Shown: positions 1 to 13,900 of the stretch, one piece after another
How the letters are laid out: each line of letters begins with the position of its first letter
Numbering within the stretch: the first letter of the stretch is position 1
NCBI RefSeq assembly: GCF_018977255.1
Contig: NW_024704743.1
Location: 45,944,001 to 46,008,000 of the forward strand
Direction of reading: 5' to 3'
DNA length: 64,000 bases
From: Callorhinchus milii
Taxonomy: Eukaryota
Translations under genes and position numbers: made by a program
Notes under the pieces: generated by a model
The model's database searches: none
What the model was told of the DNA's origin: nothing
What the model saw: only the letters and a program-made list of their open reading frames with translations

Positions 1-636
1 ATGTTTAAAGTTAAAATATTGTTACCAACTACAGTATACAAAAGATTAAACCACCTCTCCAAAACCCCTCGAGATTATCAAATGTTTGAAGAAATTTGCC
101 CTTAGAGGTGAAACTTGCCCTTTTGAAGTAAAAAAATGCTTTTCAACAACAAATTTGCTTTAAATTTGCTCTTTTTTCCTGGTCTTAATTAAGTTCCTGC
201 GTGCATTGGTGAAGGGTAAGTCAATAACATCCATGATACCTTATAATGAGTGCTCCAGCCAGCAGGGGTCAGACATCATCTAACTCTTGATATCTTGAAT
301 TATATGATCGGTATGCTACATGTTCATTCATATACATTTACTTTCAGTTGCTTTTGAAAGGCCACAATGAGGTGACTCATTAAGAAGTGAGTTTATTATA
401 CTCTAGTGCTATTGAAGACATGTCTTGAGGTCAAGAGATGTGGGCTCTATTAATGTCTCTTTGTAGTTGACAGGTGGACAAGAAGATCTTGTTGAAGTGT
501 AGCAGAAGCACACTTTTGTGCTTTTGCCTTAAATGCCCAAAGCTGGATGAAGCATTTACAGAAGAAATTGAAAGAAAACGGAGCTAGCAGCAGCCAGGCA
601 CTTGCCCAGCTGGGACCTCCCTATCAGTTAGGCAAT

Positions 637-1050
637 CACAGAATGCATAGAATATTACAGCACAGAAGGAGGCCATTCAGCCTATCGAGCCTGTGCCAGC
701 TCTTTGGAGCTACCCAATCAGTCCCACTCCCCTGCTCTTTCCCCATAACCTTATATATTTTTCCTTTTCAAGTACCTGTTGGATTCTGTTTTGAAAGTTG
801 TTATTGAATAGGTTTCCATCACTCTTTCAGGCAATGCACTCTGTAAAAAAAAATCTCATCTCCCCTCTAGTTCTTTTGCCAATTATATTAAATCTATGTC
901 TCCTAGTTACTGACTCACCTGTCAGTGGAAGCAGTTTCTTCCTATCTACTCTATCAAAACCCCTCATAATTTTGAACACCTCTGTTAAATCTGCCCTTAA
1001 CCTTCTCTGCTGTAAGGAGAACAATTCCGGCTTGAGTGAAGTCATTGGCT
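637..1050 (-). mobile_element. CR1 LINE 3' fragment
   Basis: Minus-strand translation LFSLQQRRLRADLTEVFKIMRGFDRVD...TRRHRFNI is the typical CR1 ORF2 C-terminus. It is followed by the ggctgaatggcctccttctgtgctg 3' UTR and a (ttctatg)-type tail. Confidence 0.9.
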
Positions 1051-4000
1051 GAAATCATTCTTTAAATCTTGTTAACACCTTGTCAACTATCAGAAATGCC
1101 TTAGATTACTGCAGCTTTGCTTGGCTTTGTCAGGTTTTTCTCCATGAGGCAGTTCACCCCTAGGGAGGCCCTGCCTACCTCCTGTAAGAGAGAGTATTTC
1201 ATAGACGTGGCATTTAATCTATTGATATTGAAAGGCTGAGCGTACTTACCAGGATTCAAATTAATTTTATCCTCTGTGCAATGATATTGAGGCTGATTTC
1301 AGCACTGCAACTGAGGCCCTGATTGAGACCAGTTAATTCAGCACAAATCCGAGCAAAGCAAAATAAGTTGTATTTTTTTTAAACACGTTATAAAGTTTAA
1401 ATGCTTCGAAACACTTCACAGATTACTGTCAGATGTAGTGACTGTTTTTGTAGGCAAATATAGCTGTCATTTGTACCAATAATGTTCCCACAATGATCAG
1501 TCAGTTTTTAATCTGAAGGATTGTTGGCCAGGATACTCAGAGAAACCCCCTTTTAGGATAATTGATGCAAGTGTGAATTGAGTTCCTCAGAACATTTCAA
1601 GATCATCTTGAGAAGGTAGGTTTCGCACCTTTTGCAGAACAGCTGAAACCAATGCGAAACGAAACATAAACTTTAAATTGTCTTTGGCTGAGCAGAGCAG
1701 TTCAAGTGGGTAAAACATTTGCAGTCGTTTGCACCTCTTGGAAGCTGTTATTGGTGTCAAGCCAGTATCGGAACCATAATAACACTAAAACATAATAATA
1801 CTATTTAAGACTATTAAGATCTACTGAGTCCATCTATATATTTGGTGCTGTTTATCATCTTCATTTGTGCCACGTTGTAGCCCCTACTCCAAGCTTGCTC
1901 AAAGATTCAGACCTTGATATCAAACAGTTGGTGACCTGTTACCCGTATCTAAGGATGATGTTTTTCAACTTTTAGTTTTTTATATTTTTGACAGATATCA
2001 ACTCTTTTCCTAATTTTAAAAATTTAAAAACTGTAACAATGATAATTAATTTTCCTCCGTTTGGAGAGAATTGCAAAACTTAGCAAATACTTATATTTAG
2101 GATTTAAACATTTGAAGGTTGCAGAAGAAACCATTGAAATTAATATAGGAAGGATAAAAAAGAAAACACATGCCTATATAATATATTTGAGTAAAGAAAA
2201 TATTTTTAAATGAATTAGAAGTGAATGTTATTATGTAGGTAAATGTGGCAGTTAATTTGCACAATTTTTAAGAAAGCAGGATACATTTACCCTGATTCTT
2301 TACATGGTTATTTCCTGATACTGTCTGAGGCTCTTTTGACAACATAGAGTGGAGAATGAATGGTTGCCTGCAAAGAATGTGGTCAAGGCCATCGTTTCAG
2401 TTCAGCTTCCCATAACTGGCACAGTTGGATCAAGAACAGAAACCTCAGAGCAATGCCTGGCCTCAAATCTGGAGACCAACACATGAAATGGGGAAGTGAG
2501 GCAGAAAGTGCATGTTTATAAATGAATACAATTGGAAATGTGCTTCAGAAAAAGAGTTGTAGCATTACAGTTTCTCACTCATTAATCACACTTAATTTCA
2601 AGTTGTAATAATTTTTAAACCGATTTCTTACGTAATTCATAGCTGACATCACACTTTTTTAAAATGTGTTAACTCAGTTTGGGCTGAAGTACTTCAAATC
2701 ACCATCAGCATATCCTCATGCTAGTTTTAATAGATGAACTTAGTGTGACCACCAGTCTAATGGCATAAAATCCAGGAAAAGTGGAGAGTTTGCAGGGTTC
2801 CATAAATTCTGATTTGAATATTTTTAAAAAACTTTGGAAATCTTCCTGTCCCAAACTGGGAAAGCTCACGTGGAGTTGGTAAAAATGAAAAGAGCCGCTT
2901 CAATTACCTATCCTTGTTTGTGTTTCTCACCCCGTCATACAAGTCCCAGGACAAGGCAGGAGTAAAGATCCTCCTCATTTTGAACCTGCTGAAATAATTA
3001 GAGTTAGATCTTTCCGTTTCTAGTTATGCAGACCAGTGGTAAGTAAATACTTTTTTTAACTTTGTAAAATAAAGACAAAATGCTTTTCATTTGTTCCCTT
3101 CAAAATTTTGAACTAACCATCTCTCCTTGAAGTCAGAAAGTCTAACGGAATACATCTCATTGTTTCTAGTATTTTATTTTTGGTTTTGAAAAAAATGCCT
3201 AAATCCTTCAGTTAGAGGACCGCAGATCAGATTGTACCATTATTAGTTGAATTTGATTAGATATTGGGTGCCTGGAACAACTAGTAACTATCCGTTAGCT
3301 TATTTACATGAAATGTATTTCTTGTAAAAAGTGCTGTGTTGGATTCATTATTAATTTTCTGCATTGTCCCTTTTTATGATGAAAGTAATAACTTAATTCT
3401 GTACTTGTATTCAATCAAATTAATCTGTTCTGGTCTTTCATTCTATTTCAAATTAGTCTATGTCTAGTAATAAGAAGCTTTATGCATGTTATCAGAAGCT
3501 AGAATCGAAAACGCCACTCAAGCCATACCAAACATGCAGATATTATATTATTTGTTAATTTAAATGTAAGATCAGAAATATCCTTTTCTACTTGACTGGA
3601 GAGCTGATTTAGTTTGAATATCTTCCAGATCTTCATCAGGTGAGAATTAATAGACCTAGGGTTATTAGATATTCAGTGATGTTAAGTGAACCTTGATCAA
3701 TTTAGATCCTATGATTGTAGTGGCACTGTAAATATCAAATAGCTTGTGTTCTATAGTTTGCAATAATCTACCATGTGTTACTACATAGCTTGAGTTGGCA
3801 CTCGTTCTTTCCAAATGTGTATCCATTAAAAATCTATAGAATACCTTTTAATTGGTAAGTAAACCTTTCTTTATAATATCATTATTAAATCTTATTGTAA
3901 CTTTAAACTATTTGATCACTACATACAGCATTGTGGAAACTGGATGACTTCAGTAGCATTTGAAAATATTGCTTGCTCAAAATCTCTAGTATCCCTGTGC

Positions 4001-6018
4001 TATAGATCAGTGGACACTGATTGTACTCTCAATTGAAATAGCATGTATTCCAGAAGTTCCTCCCTTCAATATAGCTTAGTATTTTTTTTACTTGTTCTCA
4101 GGATGTGGACAGAGCTGCACAATCAGCGTTTATTGCTCAGACCTTGTTCTACTGATGGGGCAGGCCTGGTTTTTAACCCACTGCATTTCTTGAGACAATG
4201 GTGCTCCCACAATGTTGTTTTGTAGGCAGTCCACCCCAGAATTTTGACCCATTTATGTTACTGACATGTTCTTTATTTCTTCACTCAGTGCAACCAGCTC
4301 GCGCACAATTACAATAGCATGGCACTTTCTTCTCTGACTTTGAAAAATATTAAAAATTAACTTAAGTATCACAAATAATACTTACATTCAATATTGGGTC
4401 TTATCAGATTGGAAAGTCTCAAAGAAGTTGGTTGAACCCACAACCTTTCAAATCAGAGGAGAGAGTGTCATCAGTCAGCCAGGCTGACGCACAATTGGTC
4501 ATTCGTGTCATGGCTGTTTTTGGGCTCTGAATGTACACCAAATGGTTGTTGCCTTTGCCTACATAACAGTCACTTTACTTACTTTGAGATGTTTTTACTT
4601 GATTAGGTGCTACAAAAATATAAATTATTTCTTGTTCAATATACATTACGCCCACAAAATATACAGTCAATTAATTTTACAGTCTATTCTGTGAAGCGAT
4701 TTGAGATGTCTTGAAGACATGCTATATCAAGTGCAAGGGTTATTTAAATTTACATTTCTTTTCTAATTTTATTTTCTATGTTTAAATTCTCTTTGAATTG
4801 TATTTGATGTAACTGAACAAATCCTCTCAGCTGAATAGGTGTTGAGATTTGTAACTTAGGTTTGTGCAAACATCAAAGAAATTGTTTTGTCTCAGCAATG
4901 ACACTTATTAAGAATACTTTCTATCAATGACTTGCTGGTAATTTGTACCTGTGCCATTTTTGCTAAAACATCGATATGGAACCATTTTACTAAAAAGTGA
5001 ATGTTTAAATTGATTTTGACAATGTCTGCTGTATTATCCCATAAAGACCATGCAGAATTTGACATTTGGAAGAGACTGAGGTTTTTAATATAGATTTTTT
5101 TTCTGGTAATAAAAAGTCACATTTTGTTGGTGAATTAATAGATGAAATGCATTAGAAGTAGATTTTAACTTGAGTGTATGTGGTTTTATTGACAGAAATG
5201 CTATCAATAAAATGGCTCCTCTACCTTGTGACACTGCAGCAAGATGCCCCCAGCCTCTTGACTACTGATTACCATTTGTTAATGAGCTTGTTTTACAATG
5301 ATTGTTCCTAAGACACCATCTGATGGATTAAGCATATCCGTAATAGAGAAGTGAAATGAGTAATTAAAGCAGCAGGGTGTTTTATATGCTGCAGCATGCA
5401 TCCCCTTTTTTTTTAAGCAGGCATCGATTTATTATGTTCCTTTTAGCTTGAAGCAGTTTTAGCGTGTTTTTAATGATCCTAAACTCACTGGGTAACTAGT
5501 TTCTATACAGTTAGGGTTATGTACCGACAAGCAATGCCTGCTGGAGCTGAAGACCTCGCGCTTTGTGTCTTGAGCCCTGTTTTCGGGAGCAGTGCTTCCA
5601 TCACCAATCAGAACTGGGAAGGTAGTCTAGTTCCACTTAACAAGCAAAAGGAACCTCCTGTTGTGGAGGGTGTGCCATAAACAGCTTTCAAAAGACAGCA
5701 TCGTTAGTGCAGGTTTCACAGCATTCAAGTGTCACTGATGGGAATAGGAATTAAGTTGTTAGTTCTCAGTCAGACTGAAATACTACAGAACCTTAAGCAG
5801 ATCCGTTTATACAATAACTGTTAATTTGCAGAATTAAATTTTAAAGAATTAAGTAAAGATTTGAGCAGTATTCCATTTTAAGGCCCCAAATTAGTCTGGC
5901 AGGCCTGCATTTAGGAGGCAGTGAATGGTACAGATCCATGTTCAAAAATGGCTCTGCATTTTTGTTCTTCTGCTGATGTAAAAAAAGCCACCCTATTTAT
6001 ATTGTGTTGTTTTAATAG

Positions 6019-6430
6019 GTGTTAGCCTGACTCACTTGGGAGCACCGTTGCCCCCGATTCAGTCGGCTTTGGGTTCAAGCCCCACATAGGAATTTTGAGC
6101 TCACAGTCCAGGCTGATGCTCTAATGCAGTGCATTGTTGGAAGCGTCATGCTTTGGATGAGACATTAAACCGCGGTCTCATCTGCCCGTTCAGGGGGATG
6201 TTAAGTATCCCATGGCAGTACTCGAAATGAGAAGGCAGTTTCTTCTGGTGTCCTGGACAACAATTCTACAGGTAAAAAATAATCGGTATTCACTTCATGC
6301 TATTTGCGGGTCATTGCTGAGCTCAAATTGGCTGCTATGCTTGCTTAGAAAATAGTCACTGTTTTATAGTAAATCCTGTGAAGCCCTTTGAGGGTGCTTT
6401 ATCAAATGCATGGATTATTATTATCATTAT
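6019..6430 (+). mobile_element. SINE family B (Deu-domain SINE, SacSINE1/AmnSINE1-like), full length
   Basis: tRNA-like head with B box gggttcaagccc. Deu-type core tttggatgagacattaaaccg.ggtc.catctgcc...atcccatggca...ctggtgtcctgg. Same 3' tail as family A. Family name assigned from memory. Confidence 0.82.
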
Positions 6431-9400
6431 AAAGAGGCACAGACTGACTGGAACTTGGCCGGTGGCTGCAACCTCTGTTGTGAGAGTTTTACGTGCTAGA
6501 AAAGTTCTAGGAAGAGGTCGCAGCTGCTCAGGAGGTCAGCTATGCCACGCTGAAAACCGGAAATGGCATCACCATTGTCTATTATATACAGACCCATTCG
6601 AACACAGGGTCACATTGTTTGGATTCTGAAGCACAAGTTTCCCTGTAGTCAGAACAGATGCATCAGATGCAATGGAACTGAAGAAACATTTTCTGTTAGA
6701 TAAGGGTAACTAATTTCACAATCTGTCCCCAAATGCTGTGTTTGGAATTATGCTGCTAAATAGTCAAAGTAACTGTGTGATGTGAAGCAAATAGTAATTC
6801 GAGTTGAATTTCATTCAAAATATCCAAGGTATTAGTGATTTGGCAACAGTCAGAAAGCAGATAGCTATGATGGGAACTATTGATGTACCTGGGTTGTAAT
6901 CCCCATTAAAGCTAGAATTTCTACAAACACTACACTTATTTGAACAGAACACATAATGCCGAACAATGTGATGCCCAATTTATTTGATCACTGGGAAGAC
7001 GTTTACAACATGCTTGTGACCTATAAGATTCTCTTGACTCGTTCTCTAAACTGTGTATTCTCCTGCAAGATGATAGCAAGCAAGAATTTGAATTTAAATT
7101 ATTTTAAACATAAGCGTTTGTGGGCATCTTAATGTACAATTAGCAGTCTCATTAACTAAAAATGTTTGTGTTTTCTGATAATCCTTCTCATAACGTTTGA
7201 AAACAGTGATAACTGAAGCTACAATTAAAAACTCCCAGGTATATACATTGGATAGTTTGGAGTATTTTGATTGAATGAAGTCATTTTTAATATTTTATTT
7301 CCAAACGGTAATTTTATATTAAATCTTGCTCATTTTCTGTTTCTAGCCTTTATCGTTTTTATCATTCTCAACACAAGCACTCAACATTCTGTTGGTGTTT
7401 AACCAACCTTGATCACGGTTATTTTGTGACATTTTTACACAGTTGTGTTTTACTTGTCACAATGGAATATTTGTTTTTCATTGAAAACATATACTTCCCC
7501 TGCACAAAGCATTAAAAAAGTTGCATAATTCAAAAACCTATTGAATGTGTGACTGAATCCAGTCGTAGAGTACAGAAATATGTAATCACAGTGCTGCAAT
7601 TTAAATTACTCACCTAACAGGTCATTTTCCTGTGTATATATTTGCTATATCAAATGCAAGGATTATTATTATATTTCTGTGTCAATTATTTAGATTCTAA
7701 GGGTTTGATTATGGTACTAGTGAATTTAGCATCTTGAACATTGATGGGACTCCAAGGCATGAAAACCTAAAAAGGTGTAAAGATAATTACATTTTTATTA
7801 TTTTATTGTTGTTTTATTTTCCGATGCCATTCATGCACTTTTTTTATATTCATTTCCTTTTATTGATAATTAGGCCTCTAAGCTAGATTTGTGCATCACT
7901 TTGCAGAAAATATTGAACTTTTCTTCCACATATGTTCTTTGTTTTCCAAATGGCTGATCTTTTTGTCTCAGAAGTGGTGTGCATGCATTCACCTTGGCCC
8001 CTGCTGTGACTTGTGGTTTGTATTTATGGATTTCACAAATTATAAAAAGCTAAACTTTCCTTCAGTTTTTAAAATATCATTGCTAAAGAGCATGAGCCTC
8101 TTTGTTCTTACATTTTTCATGAAACGTGTTTAAAATTACATGTTTTAATAATGTTACTTAGATTTTTTTNAACTGCATTTTGGGTCATTTTTTCAAAACT
8201 CCCACTTGATTCTTTTTGCAATATAGCTATCGAATGTGTATTCAGTACACTGGTCAACGGTTCTCTGATGTTCAATTACAAAATCCCTAATCTAAAACAA
8301 CCACAATCTGCCTGTGTAGTTAAAATTATCTATCAAAACTTCAGAAGATGTTAATATAAATGGACACTGACAAAAGGTTTATTAACAAGTGGAGAATAAT
8401 ATGAGCTGATTGCCAAAATCAGTAAATTTACTGGCAATAAATAATCCTCTCCAAGTCCTCAGTTGTTGCTGGAAATGTAGCATTTAAAGTCACATTTTAT
8501 ACATTGGGAGAGAATATCACGTAAACTGCTACCCTTTTTGATAACTAATCTGCATATCGTTTTTTTTATTTAGATTTTGTGACCTATGCTTTCTTAAATA
8601 ACGTGGAAACTGAATAAGTAGCTTCCAAGTGTATCTTCATTCATCTTTAGGTTGTCCACATTTAATGCAAGTTATTATTTGTACATTCTTTAAAACTTTC
8701 TCCACTAATTCTTTAAAACCATTTTTAAGCATTTCATGTCCTGTATATTCTTTGAACCCTACCATGGGTGTTTCTACTTCAAAGCAGTACAGTACTAGCC
8801 CTATGCCCTGCACTTGAAATTTCTGAATGTAGAAATCTTTTAAGCTTTCCAACAGCGTAAACCTATTTTTGACATCAGATTTCTAAAGTTGCAACAGGAT
8901 GTTTTTGTTTAGCCTTGTTTAAAGTGATTTTCAGCCACCTTTGTATTCTTTTGATGTTGTACATTCTCTTTCTCATTTGTTGAAAGGACAGTTCAGGAGT
9001 GCAGGGGTTTGACCAGGTTTCTGTAGTACATGGTCTTCCCTTAGTACAAGCAATGAAACATAAATTGTTTGATTTTATCCTACATGTATTAAAAAAAGAG
9101 TAGGTATTTGTAAAATATCTAGACTCTTTTCTGATGACATAGATGTTGATTCAAATATGGTCATTTCCCCAGCTTCGTAACTGGTTCACCATTGGATGCA
9201 GTCAGTATATACTGAAACATGGTGTTTCTTGTAAAATCTCGATTGCTTCTGCAAGGCGTTTGCATTCTTGTGCCTGCAAGCACTTTTTTCTTTGCCTGTC
9301 ACTCATTCTGCTACTGTAGCCTAAATCTAAAATTTAAATAAAGCAAACTGTTTTGCTTGCTGGTTCCTGGAGCTGTGCATTTATACAGTGGAAAGCTTTC

Positions 9401-9644
9401 TGAACCAGGAGGTGTAATCCCGAATGGATTGAAGGGTTAGTTATAAATGAGGCTCTTAATGCACAAATTTCTCAATTACAGGTAGCTTCACACCCCTTTT
9501 CTACCTCTCAGCAATAAAAGACAGACTCTTCTATTACCTATTTTGTTATAGCTGGTCTGGTTATCACTTTATTCAATACTAAAGTCTTGAGACATTTTAA
9601 TTTTCATTCCTAATGAACTACCTTACAAATGCCATGTTATTATG

Positions 9645-10006
9645 CATCCTCTGTGACCTCTCAGTCCCCTACCAACCTGCCTGTTCCGCCTGCTCAGCGG
9701 GCTCTGGCCTGCTTCAAGTCCCTCGCCTCACCTGCCCCACCATTGATGAGTGGACCTTCAGCCACTTTGCCCCAACCTATGGAACTCCATCCTGCAGTCC
9801 CCTGTCTTGCCCCTTCTCTTGCCTACTTCAAGACCTGTCTCAAGACCCTCCTCTTCGACCATGCTTTCGATCACCCTCCTTTTTTTCCCCCCTCCACCCT
9901 CCCCGACCCCGACCTCCAGCTCGGATCCGAAACACTGATCATCCAGACTTGGGATGTCCTCCCTACATGAAAGGCGCTATACAAATGTAATTTTGTTGTT
10001 GTTGTT
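9645..10006 (+). mobile_element. L2 LINE 3' fragment
   Basis: C-rich L2 end (ccttcagccact...tggaactccatc...ttcaagacc...ctcttcgacc) and tail gaaaggcgctatacaaatgtaattttgttgttgttg. Confidence 0.9.
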
Positions 10007-10559
10007 ATAAACCGTCCTTCTAGAGGTTATTTTGATCAAAACAAATGTACTCGGGTGATGGTAGGTACAGTATCTCGTTCCACAACTATAAAGCAGGTGA
10101 CAATGTCTACTTTGGAGGTTATTTAGTTAAAATGTGAGTCTTCTGATAAATCCATAAATCAAATGATTATTGGTATTTATAGCACATCTTTCCAGTGATT
10201 ACTATCCTCAATTGTAGATGATCGCTCTCAAAACAAACAAAAAACTTCTGGGATTTTATTAATCTAACAATGATATTCGCGATTCATAGTTCTAATGTAG
10301 TTAGCAGCAGTTGACGATAGAGGGCAATAGAGCAAAACCTGTTATTTACCAGTATCATAATGTGAGATCTTCACCTTATAGGGCGTTGACTGTACTGGAT
10401 TTTTGTCTTAAATATTATACAACAAAATTAACCAATACTGACTATTTTTCTTTCATTTCAGTGCCATTCTGATTTCTTCCTTTATCTCTTTTCTTGAAGG
10501 TAATGACGTGTGCTGGTGGGGCTTAAGTAACTAACTCTTAGGTGTTATTCTTTGTGGCT

Positions 10560-10940
10560 CAGACATTGAGAGTCGACAGACTGTTAGACCATAGGGGCCA
10601 TCACAGTTGAGCCTGATTCTGACCTCTTCTGACATCCACTCATGTACTTGCAGCAGGTGTTGGTGAATAACCATAGGGAACTCCATGTTCCTTTTCCCGC
10701 GCATTCCCAGTCCAGGGAAAGATCAGTTGTATTGATCCATTGTTGCTTCATCTGAGAAGAGCTAACTCAATTAGCTGTCCTACATTTTGCTGATTTTCTC
10801 ACCCTTTTCCTCCTGCTATCTTGATGGTACCAATTTTTACGGATGTACAGCGCCATGGATACCAGCAGCCCTCTGGGACTACACCTCACCTAAGTGTCTT
10901 AATTTATAAGCTTTGACACTGAGAAATGGTAGGCTATGAC
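10560..10940 (-). mobile_element. Ancient SINE-like repeat (family D); related pieces at about 1230-1350, 11010-11230, 26250-26380 plus 26678-26760, 40120-40170
   Basis: Shared motifs (g)ctgaga.cagctaactca(gca) and gacatccac.catg.actt.cagcag; heavily diverged, so orientation is inferred. Confidence 0.45.
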
Positions 10941-13900
10941 TATAAAAATAATGTAAGCTTTCCAAGACATTATTCTACATGCAGAGCACTATATAAATGA
11001 AAGTTGTTGTATTCACAGACAAACCCACCCCTTTCTTGCCCAATATCCACACAGCACACTTTCCAACAGGATTGGGAGCACTGACTGATTTGTGCCTTTC
11101 CCTAGTCATAGTAACTAAAGTCACTTGTTGTGACTTTACTGTACCAAGCTAAATCAGAACAGATCACTGGAAAGGAAACGTAAAATCTTCTGCCTAAAAC
11201 TGGCACTTTTATCCACTAGACCAAGGAGGAGCTCTAGATGCCAGATATTAAAGGTTTTTGTTCCTTTTGGTCAAATGTATTTTAACCTTAATACCACTTC
11301 ATTTTTGTTGTTCATGAAATGTTCATTGGTACCTTAGAAATGATGGTGAGCAATCTGACTGACCAGTAAATTCATCCCAATGCATTTCTCCAGTGGATAT
11401 TTCCATGTTTTGTGTTCAGCTTTTGTAACAGGGGAGATGAAGATAAAATATAGTTGTTGCGTGCTAGTCTTTTTGTCCAGTGATCTTGAGTTTTGTACCC
11501 TGTTGTAAGACAATTAGACAACCTGTTATTTTTTTTCTTGGGTAATCTTGTTGACTGTATTGATGCTGATGATGGAGTGTGTTAAAGGGATTGAGTTTTT
11601 TTCTCAATAGGTGCCTGTGAATGTGGAATGTTGTTTTAAGTCAATCTACTTCCAAAATGTCATTGATGCTTTGAATGGAATTCAGACATAATAACCTGCA
11701 TTTATATAGCGTTCTTCACATGTCACATGAGGGGATGTCTCAGAATGCTTTACAAGGTTGGTGTTGGACAACAAGGGAGACGGGAAAGTAGCCACAGGCA
11801 TGGACGAAGAGGTAGGTTTTAATAATGATAATCCTTACATTTTATATAGCGCCTTATCACGTTTTTGAAACATCTCAAAGCGCTTCACAGAATATACTGT
11901 AAAGTGAATTGACTATTTTGTGGGCGAAATGCGGCAGCCAATTGCACACAACAGTGTCTTACAAACACTTGTTGATTGCGTGACCAAATTATTTTTGTTT
12001 TGGAGGGATTATTACCCCTGGAAAGTTATATTTTAACGTTTCTTTACATGAGAGCACTCCTGAGTTTGCTGAACGAAATGGGTGAGCAGAGGAGGAGTGT
12101 TGAAGATTGGAGACACAAGGAGATGCTAGGGTGGATTTTTATGGTCAGCATTGTCTGACATATACAGAAACCTATCATGACCTTGAATGCCACATAAGCA
12201 CCTTGGGATGTGAAAGTTTCACATATGTAAACCACCTACACATGGGAATTTCCCTAGGGCTGGATTGAAATGTGCATTTTCCATGGAGGAATGCACCTTG
12301 TTTATCTAATCCCAGAGAGTATTAGGTACAGATTGGCAAAAGCCAAGGTTTGGGACCCTAGAGTGTGAATTGAGGTGCTGATGGAGTTTAAGCAACTAAA
12401 ACTCCACTAATGAATAGTGCAGCTCGGGAGTTCAAGCAAGAGATAATGAAGGTGTGAATAAAGCTGCTTATAGTTTGGTGTATAGCTTGCCATTGCCCCC
12501 CTGACTGTTTGACAAACTTCCTGTAGCTTGTCCAGCTAGCACCCCTCTACCATTAGGGCATTGTCTTGCCCCCAAGGACATGTGAGGAATTATAGGAGAG
12601 GGTGAGGCCCTTGAAATCAATCCGCTGGCGAGACTGGGAGCCATTGGAGTTTGGCGAGAATTCTATTCAAAGCAGATAGTGGGCGAACTGAGTTTGGTGC
12701 GGGTGAGGTTGTCGATTGTGGACCAAGGGATAGATAAAGAAGGTGCGAATAAGGCATATTTCCGCAGCATTGTGTGTGAGAGAGCAGTGGAGGTGGGCAG
12801 TGTGGTGGAAGTGAAGAAAAGGAATCTTGATGTGAGGAAGACCACAACTAATTAAACTTGTACAAGAGCACTGAGGATAATGTTGGGGCTTCTCATTTAT
12901 AAACAGGAACTCGTGGAATTGAATTTGTTTTCATTGGAGGACAAAGATTCAGAGGGGGCATTATCCTGGTTTTTCATACTGTATTTAAATTACAGAAGCA
13001 TTTCCTGAAACACCAACTACTGGAGAAACAGCACTACCTGTATTATATTGTGGGGAGGTTTTCTGCAGTAACCAGATTGATTTGACTTGTTTTTGTCTTT
13101 GCTTGTTTCATAGCCATCTTGAGTGGCAGTCCCAGGAATAGGACTGCCCTGCTATTTGAGTGATACACCTGGCATTTTCGTAGGGAGTGAGAGTAACCTA
13201 TCACATTAAGAAATAACTTTAAAACATAGAATCTTAAAAGTTATGTTTTGTCACATTTACTTGATATAAACCTACTGGACGGTATTCGTGAAGTTCTTCA
13301 TTCAGGATTGCCAGCAACTAATTTGCTAGACTTTAAATTGGATTTGCATGCAGTGTGTGATCTTAGTAATTGGTTTGCAACATTACTGCATCTTCTCAGC
13401 AAACAAATTATCAGATTACTGAAAAAATGTAATTAAAACATGGTTGTTAAACAAGTGCCAAAAGCATCGATAATAGCTAATTTAAGTATTAAAGTCTGCT
13501 GTTGGCATGTGTACAGTATATTATTAAATAGGTCATTAAAAAGTTTTACCATATTGTGGCTTTGAGCATAAAAGTGAATCAGGCCAACAAATCAATGTTA
13601 GCACTTAGGTCTGTACAGAAGCATGCTGTTGTGACAAGTGTGTTAAAGCAATGGGATTAGGCTGAGAGACACTTCTGATTGCTGACTCTCCAGATTAATT
13701 CACCTGATGATTTACCCCCAAGTCAATAGAGAATTAAAATGCCTAAAAAGTAAAGCATAGTTGATTTATTATTAATATTAAAAAANTACATATTTTACAT
13801 GAATGAACGAAAATAACATGGATACTTGAAAATGGATCTATTTTATGAAACTACATTAGTTCTAAACCAATATGCAGCAGAATTGCAATTTAACAAATGG

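Noticed and set aside
8170..13786. Single N bases at 8170 and 13786
   Set aside because: Both sit at the ends of homopolymer runs; assembly ambiguity with no biological meaning.
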